A stretch of 64,000 bases of DNA. It comes from Planctomycetaceae bacterium (GTDB taxonomy: Bacteria > Planctomycetota > Planctomycetia > Pirellulales > UBA1268). Where the stretch lies: NCBI GenBank assembly GCA_947459185.1, contig CANHCU010000006.1:424-64423 (forward strand), given 5' to 3'. The translations under genes and the position numbers were made by a program. Under the pieces are notes generated by a model. It did no database searches, was not told the origin of the DNA, and was given only the letters and a program-made list of their open reading frames with translations. Below are positions 7,076-15,880 of the stretch, piece after piece (the first letter of the stretch is position 1; each line of letters starts with the position of its first letter).

Positions 7076-9775
7076 ATGGCACCGCTCGATCAGCAGGTTG
7101 CAAGGGCGTGGCACGCTGAGACAGTCGAAGCCGTGCTCGCAGCGTGGCGTGCGACGGCAAGTGGTCTTTCGCAGGCTGAGTGCGAGCGTCGCCAGAAGAT
7201 GTACGGCCCAAATGTGCTCCCCGAGCGAGGAGCGACACCGGTCTGGAAGATCGTGTTGCGGCAATTCGCCAGCCCACTCATTTACATACTCGTTGCCGCT
7301 GCGGTTGTTTCGGCTGTGATCGGCGACCTGAAGGATGCGGCCTTTATTGCAGCCGTGCTGATGCTCAACGCAGTGATCGGAACATACCAGGAGTACCAGG
7401 CGGAACAGAGCAGCCAGGCGCTCAAGAAACTGCTACGGATGCTCGCTCAGGCGGAACGAGACGGGGTCGTGCGTGAAATTATTGCTGAAGAAGTTGTTCC
7501 CGGCGACGTTCTTTGGCTGGAGTCGGGGAACCGAGTTCCCGCGGATATTCGACTGCTTGCCTCGCAAGGTTTAGAGGCTGACGAGTCATTGCTCACCGGG
7601 GAATCGCTGGCGGTGGGAAAAGACTATGCGTGGATGGGCGACCAAGAATCGCCACTCGCGGACAGGCAGAACATGATATTTGCCGGCTCTTTGATCACTC
7701 GCGGTCGGGCAAAGGGAGTCGTGGTCGCCACCGGGACTGCCACCAGCGTTGGCCAGTTGGCTCTGGATGTGATGGGCAGCGGCGGCGGGAAGCCTCCGTT
7801 GCTGGCTCGCATGGAGCGATTCACAAACTACGTGGCCGTCTGCACTCTGGCTGCTGCTGGCGTTATCGGCACGCTGGGATTTGTGCAGGGAGGGTACACG
7901 GTTGTCGAAACCTTCTTCCTTGTGGTCGCACTGGCCGTGGCTGCCATTCCGGAAGGATTGCCGGTCGCAATCACTGTAGCGCTCGCCGTGGCGACGACAC
8001 GGATGGCAAGGCGAAACGTGATTGTCCGCCAGCTCACAGCGGTCGAAGGCCTAGGCAGTTGTACGCTGATTGCCACGGATAAGACTGGCACGCTGACCTG
8101 TAATGAACTCACTGTACGCGAAGTCTGCCTTGCCGATGGTGAGGTATTTCCTGTGACTGGCCAGGGATTCGCACCACACGGCGAGGTGCAACATGCCGGA
8201 GATCGTGCTGAATTGGCCGATCACTCCCGGCTGGCGGCGTCGATTCGTGCTGCCGTGTTGTGCAACGAGGCCGATTTGCAGCACCGCAACGGCGAGTGGG
8301 TGTGGCGTGGGGATGCAGTCGATATTGCAGCACTCAGCGTGGGCATCAAGTCGGGCGTGCATCGCCAACAGATGCTCAGTGCGTTTCCACAGGTGAGCAT
8401 CATTCCCTTCGAATCAGATAATCAGTTTGCAGCCTCGTTCAATCGCAACGGCGAAGCCGTCGAAGTCTTCGTCAAAGGCGCACCGGAACGCGTGCTGGAC
8501 ATGTGCGGCAATCAACTCACGCTGGCCGATCGGGAGCGATCGGAACGGGTGGCTGTGGGAATGGCGGCGCGCGGACTTCGCGTCCTTGCGGTGGCTAGCG
8601 GACGGCTCACCGAGCCACTACGCCCCGAGGACGTTCCGCCACAACCCGCAAATCTGACATTACACGGGTTTCTCGGGATGATGGACCCGCTGCGTGCCGG
8701 TGTTCGCGAGGCTGTGGCGGATTGCCGCCGGGCTGGTGTTTTGGTCTCCATGGTGACGGGCGATCACCGTGTCACGGCTTTGGCGATTGCTCGGGATCTT
8801 GGTCTGGCGGATCGGGACGACCAGGTTGTCACAGCCGCCGAGGTGGAAGGAACATCCACCGACCAACTAGCAGAGATGGTCCAGCGAGTACGCGTGTTCG
8901 CACGAGTCACGCCTCGTCAGAAACTGCTCATCGTGGAGGCGGCTCGCAAAGCAGGACACTTCGTCGCCGTCACCGGCGATGGCGTCAACGATGCCCCTGC
9001 ACTGCGGGCAGCAAATATTGGCGTGGCGATGGGTAAGGCTGGGACAGACGTAGCGCGTGAGGCTTCGGAACTCGTGATTAGTGACGACAACTTTAGTTCT
9101 ATCGTTGGTGGAATTGAAGAGGGCCGTATCGCTTATGACAACATCCGTAAAGTAATTTACCTGCTCGTATCGATGGGTGCCGCCGAACTGCTGATGGTTC
9201 TGCTGGCGGTCGTCAGTGGTCTCCCGATCCCCTTGCTTCCCGTCCAGTTGTTGTGGCTGAACCTTGTCACCAATGGGATTCAGGGCGTAGCTTTGGCGTT
9301 TGAGCCTGGCGAAGGAGATAGCCTCCGAAGAAAGCCTCGCCAGCCGAATGAACCCGTCTTTAACCAGTTGATGGTGGAACGGGTACTCCTGGCGATGCTG
9401 GTGGTCGGCGGTGGTGGCTTTGTGATTTACGCCATTGTCCTTGGCTTGGGATGGGCGGTGCCAGAGGCGCGTAATCTGTTGCTACTGGTGATGGTGTTGT
9501 TTGAGAACTTCCACGTTGGCAACTGCCGGTCGGAGACGAAGTCTGCCTTTGCCTTATCGCCACTCCGCAGCCCTTTTTTATTCTTCGGTACAATCGCCGC
9601 GTTTCTCGTTCACCTTGCGGCCATGTACGTGCCTTTTCTCCAGGAACTACTGAGCACCAGTCCCGTAGTCCCTCTGTCATGGGGCGTGGCAGTTGGTGTC
9701 AGCGTCCTGATTGTTCCGGCGGTTGAGGTGCATAAGTGGTGGTGGACAAGGCGAATCAATCGAGGTGCCGAATGA
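7076..9775 (+). CDS. cation-transporting P-type ATPase (type II, Ca2+/Mg2+-like)
   Basis: Motifs LTGESLAV, IATDKTGTLTCNELTV, MVTGDHRVTA and VTGDGVNDAPALRAANIGVAMG, with C-terminal TM helices. Confidence 0.95.
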   Translation: MAPLDQQVARAWHAETVEAVLAAWRATASGLSQAECERRQKMYGPNVLPERGATPVWKIVLRQFASPLIYILVAAAVVSAVIGDLKDAAFIAAVLMLNAVIGTYQEYQAEQSSQALKKLLRMLAQAERDGVVREIIAEEVVPGDVLWLESGNRVPADIRLLASQGLEADESLLTGESLAVGKDYAWMGDQESPLADRQNMIFAGSLITRGRAKGVVVATGTATSVGQLALDVMGSGGGKPPLLARMERFTNYVAVCTLAAAGVIGTLGFVQGGYTVVETFFLVVALAVAAIPEGLPVAITVALAVATTRMARRNVIVRQLTAVEGLGSCTLIATDKTGTLTCNELTVREVCLADGEVFPVTGQGFAPHGEVQHAGDRAELADHSRLAASIRAAVLCNEADLQHRNGEWVWRGDAVDIAALSVGIKSGVHRQQMLSAFPQVSIIPFESDNQFAASFNRNGEAVEVFVKGAPERVLDMCGNQLTLADRERSERVAVGMAARGLRVLAVASGRLTEPLRPEDVPPQPANLTLHGFLGMMDPLRAGVREAVADCRRAGVLVSMVTGDHRVTALAIARDLGLADRDDQVVTAAEVEGTSTDQLAEMVQRVRVFARVTPRQKLLIVEAARKAGHFVAVTGDGVNDAPALRAANIGVAMGKAGTDVAREASELVISDDNFSSIVGGIEEGRIAYDNIRKVIYLLVSMGAAELLMVLLAVVSGLPIPLLPVQLLWLNLVTNGIQGVALAFEPGEGDSLRRKPRQPNEPVFNQLMVERVLLAMLVVGGGGFVIYAIVLGLGWAVPEARNLLLLVMVLFENFHVGNCRSETKSAFALSPLRSPFLFFGTIAAFLVHLAAMYVPFLQELLSTSPVVPLSWGVAVGVSVLIVPAVEVHKWWWTRRINRGAE

Positions 9776-9802
9776 GTTCTAAGATGGAGTTGGTCGTTGG
9801 CC

Positions 9803-9841
9803 TGACCTGGCCCCCTTAAACAGCACCGCTTCCAGCGGGAG
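9803..9841 (+). repeat. 38-bp IS-end-like motif, copy a (diverged)
   Basis: TGACCTGGCCCCCTTAAACAGC.... Its tip lies 51 bp outside the orfB-proximal tip of the IS at 9854, in the same orientation as that IS end. Confidence 0.45.
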
Positions 9842-9887
9842 AATCTGGGGGCGTGACGCTGCCCCCAACTTGGTACCAGCCGGGTTG

Positions 9888-10748
9888 TTAGCCATGCAGG
9901 GCCGGTAGCTGGGCATGCCCAGCTACCGGCCGCGCGAATTCGAACGGCGTCTGGTTGCCCAGAGCGCCATGCGGACGCACGCGATTGTAATCGTCCCTCC
10001 AAGCTTCTGTCACGGTCCGTGCTTCATCGAGTGACAGGAACCAGTGCCTGTTCAAGCACTCGTCGCGAAGCCGACCATTGAACGACTCGATGAACGCATT
10101 GTCCGTGGGCTTTCCTGGCCTGCTGAAGTCGAGCTTCACGCCGTTGAAGTACGCCCACAGATCCAAGCTCCTCGAGATGAACTCCGGTCCATTGTCGACT
10201 CGAATCGTCTGCGGCTTGCCACGCTGTGAAGCCACCCCCTCCAAGACCCGCACAACATCGTCTCCAGTCAATCGCTGACCGACGTCGATGGCCAGGCTCT
10301 CACGGCTATGGTTATCCACTAACGTCAGCAACCGGAATCGCTGCCAGCCGACCAGCTGATCGGCCACGAAGTCCATGCTCCAACTCTCGTTGGTCTGCGC
10401 GGTCGGTGGACGTGCCTCGCGGACCGGGACGCTCTTCCGACGACGTGGCTTTCGCCGCCTGATTCGGAGGCCTTCTTCGCAGTACAGCCGATACACGAGC
10501 TTCTTGTTCACGAGCCACCCTTCACGACGCAGAAGAACCCAGAGCCGCGGATATCCGAACTGCACCCGACTGGCCGCCAGGTCTCGAAGTCGTACGCGAA
10601 GCTCGGCCCGCGGATTACGCCTGCTCCGGTAACGGTTGGTCGTTCGGGAAAACCCGAGCACCCGACAGGCTCGACGCTCGGCAACCCGGTACGCCACCTG
10701 CATCTCCCGTACCAGAACACGCTGCACCGCGGGCCTCACAGTTTTTTT
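9888..10748 (-). CDS. IS3 transposase OrfB (DDE integrase core), expressed by -1 frameshift as OrfAB
   Basis: WSMDFVADQL, IRVDNGPEFIS and DNAFIESFNGRLRDECLN are present. The frame is open upstream through the AAAAAAA run at 10742-10748. Confidence 0.8.
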   Translation of the reverse strand, partial: KKTVRPAVQRVLVREMQVAYRVAERRACRVLGFSRTTNRYRSRRNPRAELRVRLRDLAASRVQFGYPRLWVLLRREGWLVNKKLVYRLYCEEGLRIRRRKPRRRKSVPVREARPPTAQTNESWSMDFVADQLVGWQRFRLLTLVDNHSRESLAIDVGQRLTGDDVVRVLEGVASQRGKPQTIRVDNGPEFISRSLDLWAYFNGVKLDFSRPGKPTDNAFIESFNGRLRDECLNRHWFLSLDEARTVTEAWRDDYNRVRPHGALGNQTPFEFARPVAGHAQLPALHG

Positions 10749-11002
10749 GAGAGCACGTCCTGCAGCATCTTCTTGTCGAGGCTCAAGTCCGCCACCAGCT
10801 GCTTGAGCTTCTTGTTCTCCTCTTCCAAGATCCGAAGCCGTCGCAACTCGGCAATCCCGAGCCCTGCGAACCGCTTCTTCCATCGGTAGAAGGTCTGCTC
10901 GCTGATCCCGAGCTTGCGGATGATCTCGGCCACCGAAGTGCCCGACTCGGCCTGCCTCAGCGCGAACGCAATCTGCTCTTCTGTGAAATGCTTCTTTCCC
11001 AT
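10736..11002 (-). CDS. IS3 transposase OrfA (HTH plus leucine zipper)
   Basis: MGKKHFTEEQIAFALRQAESGTSVAEIIRKLGISEQTFYRWKKRF...LEEENKKLKQLVADL. It ends just after the A7 slippery site. Confidence 0.85.
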   Translation of the reverse strand: MGKKHFTEEQIAFALRQAESGTSVAEIIRKLGISEQTFYRWKKRFAGLGIAELRRLRILEEENKKLKQLVADLSLDKKMLQDVLSKKL

Positions 11003-11315
11003 CCGAAAAACCCACCCTTTCTGGTGATGCCAAGGTTAAAAAACCTAACAACCCGGCTGGTACCAAGTTGGGGGCAGCGTCAGGCACGCTCGTAAGCCTC
11101 CGTCAGGAGGGCTCGTAGTTCGGGGCAGACCGGCACTACCCGGACGGACGACGGCTGCACCGGGAATTACGGCCCCTTGCGTGTCGGTGACTGCTCCGGC
11201 AATCGTGGCCTGTGGGGTCTGGGCGCTCATAGCCCAAGCAGCGGCCAGGAACATCATCGAGAATGTACCAAGCGAGTTAATCGCTCACTTGCATCGAGTC
11301 CATTCGATTCCAGCG

Positions 11316-12257
11316 TTAGTAGTCGTCCAGCGGAAAGACGCCCGCCCGGTGCCAACGCCAGAGCAGCGAGAATTGCCGGGCTACAATCCGCAGCGCCGTG
11401 GGCCAATGAATGGGCCGACGATTTTTGGCGATCCAGTCGCGGCAAACGCTGGCTCGCGCGTGGAGGGCTTCCGACTGCAGCCCAGGCATGGAGGCGTTGG
11501 CGGGCAGGATGGCGCAGAGCAGGAGTTGGAAGCGCATCATGGCGACGACGGCTTCTGGCGCATAGTGCTTCTCCCAAAAACGGACGTTGCCCTGATACAC
11601 AAGCCGCAGGTTATCCACGCGATTGAGTTCGGCCTGGCTGTGTTTGCCCTGATGCCGCACGGTCGCCTCCGGGCACCAGCCAATCCGATGGCCGCGCTGG
11701 CGCGCGCGCCAACAGAGGTCCGTCTCCTCCTGGTAGAGAAAGAAGGCCGGATCTGGGCCGCCGAGTTCGTCGAGTACCTCGCGGCGAATCATCAGGCAGC
11801 AGCCGTTTACCCAGGCGATTTCGTCGCGGTCCCAGCCCGGCAGCAGCGGCAGCATGCCTTCGCCGGGGTAGAAGCGCCGGGGCGGAAAGGGAACTCGGTC
11901 GCCTTCCTGGACGCTGGGGCCAACAATCGCGAACTGCGGGTACGAGTCCAGAAAGTGCCGCAGTTGTTTGACCAGCGTGGCGTCGAAGCGGGTGTCAGGA
12001 TTCAGGAACAGCACATAGCGGCCTGCGGCGCGGGCCAGGTTTTGCCGCTGAGCCGCAGAGTAGCCGAGGTTGCTGGAGTTGGCCTGCGTGCGGCCTGGCC
12101 AGAGGTTGGCCAGCGTTTCCACCGTGCCGTCGGTGCTGCCGTTGTCGGTGAAGAGAACCTCGTAAGAGACGTCACGCTGTGCGCGCAGGTCCTGGGTCAA
12201 GGCGTTCAGGACAGGAGCGGAATGGTAGGTGACGATGGCGATGGAGACGTCGGTCAT
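11316..12257 (-). CDS. family 2 glycosyltransferase
   Basis: VSIAIVTYHSAPVLNALTQDL...VLFTDNGSTDGT...VLFLNPDTRF (GT2 A-fold with DxD). Confidence 0.9.
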   Translation of the reverse strand: MTDVSIAIVTYHSAPVLNALTQDLRAQRDVSYEVLFTDNGSTDGTVETLANLWPGRTQANSSNLGYSAAQRQNLARAAGRYVLFLNPDTRFDATLVKQLRHFLDSYPQFAIVGPSVQEGDRVPFPPRRFYPGEGMLPLLPGWDRDEIAWVNGCCLMIRREVLDELGGPDPAFFLYQEETDLCWRARQRGHRIGWCPEATVRHQGKHSQAELNRVDNLRLVYQGNVRFWEKHYAPEAVVAMMRFQLLLCAILPANASMPGLQSEALHARASVCRDWIAKNRRPIHWPTALRIVARQFSLLWRWHRAGVFPLDDY

Positions 12258-13441
12258 AAATCAGCCCAGGTGGCGACCGCCGTGGGGACGTCGACGAATT
12301 GGCTGTGCGCCAGGCCGGGATGAGCGAGGATGCGGGCCAGGTTTCTTTCGAGCGCAGGCCGCCAGTGGGGCACGCCGAAGTCGCCGGTGCGGATCACCAT
12401 GACCAGAGGTTCCCGCGTTACGTGCGCGAGTTCAGTGTCCAGGTGGTTCAGCATCGCGCGCGGGGAGAGCGAGAGATTCAATGGATAACTGCCGCGCACC
12501 AGGTAGGGTGGCCGGCGGACGGGCCGCAGACGCAGGGGCGTGGTACTGAGGGGCAGAATCCAAAGGGGCTGATCGCCTGCTTGCAACAAGTTGCCCGCGC
12601 GGGGCCGGTACGGATGCCGAGGGGCGGGGCGGTAGTCGGGGAGCCATGCCGTGGCGAGCGGGTCGTCGAAGATGGGCATGTCCGGTAGGCCTGGCTCCAC
12701 GGTACATTCATAGCGAACGCCAAGGTCGATGAGGAGGCGGACGGCATCATTGCTCAGCCAGCGATCACCCATGCGGCTAGCCACGGGTGGGCGCCCGAAG
12801 TACCGAGTGAAGGCGTCGACGGCGCCGCGCAGGCAGTGCTCCAGCCACGCCACGTCGGTGAATTCGGAGTACCAACAGCCGGCGGGGTTCTGGCGGCAGA
12901 GGTGCGTGTGAATCCCCGCATGGTCCTGATGGCGCTCCATGCTGGCCATGAGAGCCGGGAGCGCGTGCGGGACGAAGTCGATGCGGCCGAAGAGCTTTTC
13001 CACCTGCGGGTCCAGGCGTAGGAACCAATTCAGCTGCACCGGCGTCCCCGTGCGCCGTGCGGCTTCGACCCGCCAGACGGCAATTGCCTCAACGGCGGCT
13101 TGGGTGCCGAGCCAAGGGTCCGTCTCGCCGGCCCGGCGTTCGTCCGGTTCGACGTCGAGCATCAACACAATCGGTCTGCGGTACGGCATCTCTCGATGAT
13201 AACGGTGCGGTGTCCTTAGAGTCATGTTACGCCGTACTCTTTTGCAAGCGGCCTTCGCTCCAACGCGACGGAGACCGAATGTCGTATTCATTCTAATGAA
13301 CCAATGGCGCGCGAAGGATAGCCCGATCAATGGCACTTCCGCAACGGTCTCCCGGCTGACGAGCGCCTCGTGAGCCTCCGGGGGAACGGCCTGGGCGGCT
13401 GCGCCTACTCCCGGGTCAAGCGCCGAGGGTCTCTTGTTCAA
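12254..13441 (-). CDS. hypothetical protein, possibly polysaccharide-deacetylase-like
   Basis: ATGA overlap with the downstream GT2. The body RPIVLMLDVEPDER...HAGIHTHL... loosely resembles deacetylase beta/alpha barrels. The start is uncertain; MPYRRP near 13190 is plausible. Confidence 0.5.
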   Translation of the reverse strand: MNKRPSALDPGVGAAAQAVPPEAHEALVSRETVAEVPLIGLSFARHWFIRMNTTFGLRRVGAKAACKRVRRNMTLRTPHRYHREMPYRRPIVLMLDVEPDERRAGETDPWLGTQAAVEAIAVWRVEAARRTGTPVQLNWFLRLDPQVEKLFGRIDFVPHALPALMASMERHQDHAGIHTHLCRQNPAGCWYSEFTDVAWLEHCLRGAVDAFTRYFGRPPVASRMGDRWLSNDAVRLLIDLGVRYECTVEPGLPDMPIFDDPLATAWLPDYRPAPRHPYRPRAGNLLQAGDQPLWILPLSTTPLRLRPVRRPPYLVRGSYPLNLSLSPRAMLNHLDTELAHVTREPLVMVIRTGDFGVPHWRPALERNLARILAHPGLAHSQFVDVPTAVATWADL

Positions 13442-13673
13442 ACGGTTATCCGGAAGCGGGCGGGCTCATGACGCTGCGAACGATGCCGTCGCCCCCAACA
13501 TCGCCTTTGCCGAGGCGGCTGACGATGACGTGCCATTTTAAGGCGGGCTTCCTCGGCCTGCCGTTCGGCGGGTGACCCGTCGGGCCCTTCGGGTTGATCT
13601 CTCGCGGCGCAACGGGGTGTGGATGTCGATCACCGGCACTCGTCGGGGCCGAGCGCAACACGCCCGCGCCTCG

Positions 13674-14447
13674 TCATCGGCGAGCGAGATCCGCCACCTG
13701 TGCGTCGGTGAGAGCTGCCGCGTAGATCCGCACGTCGTCGATCACACCATCCATGAACTCGCCGGCCCCTGTGTCGCCGATCCGGAGCACTCGCCCCGCC
13801 TGCAGCAGCTTTGGCTGGCCGCTGAACGGAATCACCTTCTTGTGATCGCCGTCGAGATAAAGGCGACATTCATTCTTCGTGCCGTCGATGACGAACGTGA
13901 TGCAATACCACCGTTCGAGGTCAAGGTCGCCACCCTGACCGTTCGTACCCACGTCGCCCTTGTAAAAGTTTACCTTGGTCTCGATCCATCGGCTTCCATC
14001 GCCGATGTCGCCATGCACTTTGTCGGTGTTGACTTTCATGTCGAAGAGATTCGCCCCGCCCTGCCGTGTGCCGACGATGCCGGAGAAAGTGGGCGGTTTC
14101 GTGAGCCACACCCAGGCCGACACCGTGAACGTTGACAGCTCCAGGTCGGCTGCGTGGGGAACCTCGACGTAGTGCCGTCGGCTGCGATCGAAGTGCAAGC
14201 CGCCGCCCATCTTCCCGGCATGCGGCGTGGCACCGTGCACAGTGCCATGGTGCGTGCCCCTGGCATCTCGGCCTTCAGCCCCTGCCTCGTCGAAGGTCCA
14301 GTGGGCGACCGGCGTCGGCATGTCGGTCTCCGCCAAGCAGATCCGAGGACCGACCACCAGACCACAGGCGGCCACGACGCCGCAGAGCATCGTCATACGC
14401 ATGAAAGACCTCGAAATGAGAACTGTTTGAAAGCCCACACGCACCAT
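13674..14447 (-). CDS. secreted LamG (concanavalin A-like lectin/glucanase) domain protein
   Basis: Signal-like MLCGVVAACGLVVGPRICLA, then HWTFDE...LHFD...TFTVSAWVW...CRLYLDG...GVIDDVRIYAAALTDAQV. Confidence 0.8.
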   Translation of the reverse strand: MVRVGFQTVLISRSFMRMTMLCGVVAACGLVVGPRICLAETDMPTPVAHWTFDEAGAEGRDARGTHHGTVHGATPHAGKMGGGLHFDRSRRHYVEVPHAADLELSTFTVSAWVWLTKPPTFSGIVGTRQGGANLFDMKVNTDKVHGDIGDGSRWIETKVNFYKGDVGTNGQGGDLDLERWYCITFVIDGTKNECRLYLDGDHKKVIPFSGQPKLLQAGRVLRIGDTGAGEFMDGVIDDVRIYAAALTDAQVADLARR

Positions 14448-15871
14448 CAGGCAAACACTGCCTCTACCGACTTTCCCTTGCCGTCTTCGGTGGCGTAGAA
14501 CGGCCTGCCCTCGATCTCGTAGACCGTCTTCGGGCTCACGCCCATGGCCGTGAAGAGCGTGGCATGCAGGTCCGTGATCGTGACGGGATTCTCCACCGCC
14601 ATGCAGGGCCGCTCGTCGGCGGTTTTCCCATACACGAAGCCCTTCTTCATGCCGCCGCCGAAGAGCACCACGGTCGATCCGCCCGTGAAATGCCGGTGCT
14701 GGCCGTAATGATTGGGCAACTGCAAAAAATCCTTGGGTGAACTGGCCTGATCGCTGGCCTTCGACCCCGGCTGACCTTCGGTGATCATGTCGCGGCTGAA
14801 CTCGCTGGCGATCACGACGAGCGTGCGATCCAGCAGGCCTCGGGTCTCCAGGTCGCGAATGAGCGTGGCAATGGGCCGATCGATCTCCTTGTGGAGTTTA
14901 TCCACGGTCTCGTGACCGCGGTCATGCGTATCCCAGTGGACGAAGGGGATGTATTCGGTCGTCACTTCGACGTAACGGGCACCGTTTTCGACCAGACGGC
15001 GGGCGAGCAGGCAGCCGCGGCCGAATCTCCCGGTGTCATACCGCTCCCGGACATCCTTCGGCTCGAGCGTGATGTCGAAGGCTTCGCGTTCCTTCGCGCC
15101 GAGGAGCCGATGAGCATTGTCGAGGCTCCGTAGCATCGACTCCTGGTGGTAGTCGCTGGTGAATTCCGCATGCGGGGCGGCTTTCGCCAGTTTCTTGAAG
15201 TGCTCGTAGCGGCTGGCAAAGCGGCGGGCATCCATTCCACTGGGCGGTCGGACGGCAAGCGCAGCCTGTTCCGGGAAAGGGAGATTCATCGGCCCGAACT
15301 CGCTGCCGAAGAACCCGGCCGTGATGAAGGCCTTGATCTCCTCGTTTTCGCCGATCCCCTCGAGCCGCTGGCCGATGTTGACGAAGGCCGGCATCACCGG
15401 GTTTCGCGGGCCGAGCACCCGGCTCATCCAGGCGCCCAGGTGCGGACATGCCACCGTCTGCGGCGGCACGTAGCCCGTGTGCCAGTGATATTGATGCCGC
15501 GAGTGCAGGATACTGCCCAGGTCGGGCTGCACGTGGGAGCGGATCAGCGTGGCGCGGTCGAGAACGCTGGCGATCTCCGGCAGACCGTCGCAGATATGGA
15601 CGCCGTCGATCGCCGTCGGAATCGCCGGAAACGTGCTGATCACGTCAGCCACGGCCAGCCCCGGCTCGAACGGCTTGTATTTCTTAGGGTCGAACGTGTC
15701 AGGTGCGGCCATGCCGCCGGCCATCCAGAGCACGATGATCGCATCGGCCTTCGCGGCGGGATGAATGATCGTCGCGGCTTCGGTGCCGGCCCTCGCTCGT
15801 GGCTCAGGGAGCGCGAGCGTGGCCGTCGCCGCCGTGGCGAGGGATCGAAGCAGTTCACGACGGGATTGCAT
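14447..15871 (-). CDS. DUF1501 domain protein (sulfatase-like fold, Tat-type signal)
   Basis: MQSRRELLRSLATAATATL is followed by a typical DUF1501 body. It lies directly downstream of a DUF1549/DUF1553 gene, the canonical planctomycete pairing. Confidence 0.9.
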   Translation of the reverse strand: MQSRRELLRSLATAATATLALPEPRARAGTEAATIIHPAAKADAIIVLWMAGGMAAPDTFDPKKYKPFEPGLAVADVISTFPAIPTAIDGVHICDGLPEIASVLDRATLIRSHVQPDLGSILHSRHQYHWHTGYVPPQTVACPHLGAWMSRVLGPRNPVMPAFVNIGQRLEGIGENEEIKAFITAGFFGSEFGPMNLPFPEQAALAVRPPSGMDARRFASRYEHFKKLAKAAPHAEFTSDYHQESMLRSLDNAHRLLGAKEREAFDITLEPKDVRERYDTGRFGRGCLLARRLVENGARYVEVTTEYIPFVHWDTHDRGHETVDKLHKEIDRPIATLIRDLETRGLLDRTLVVIASEFSRDMITEGQPGSKASDQASSPKDFLQLPNHYGQHRHFTGGSTVVLFGGGMKKGFVYGKTADERPCMAVENPVTITDLHATLFTAMGVSPKTVYEIEGRPFYATEDGKGKSVEAVFA

Positions 15872-15880
15872 GAAGGTCTC

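Larger units (their letters stand above)
9854..11082 (-). mobile_element. intact IS3-family insertion sequence (1229 bp)
   Basis: Perfect 38-bp terminal inverted repeats (TGACGCTGCCCCCAACTTGGTACCAGCCGGGTTGTTAG at 9854-9891, reverse complement at 11045-11082) with TG...CA tips. It carries orfA and orfB with an A7 slippery run. Flanking triplets GCG and GGC are not a duplication. Confidence 0.9.
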
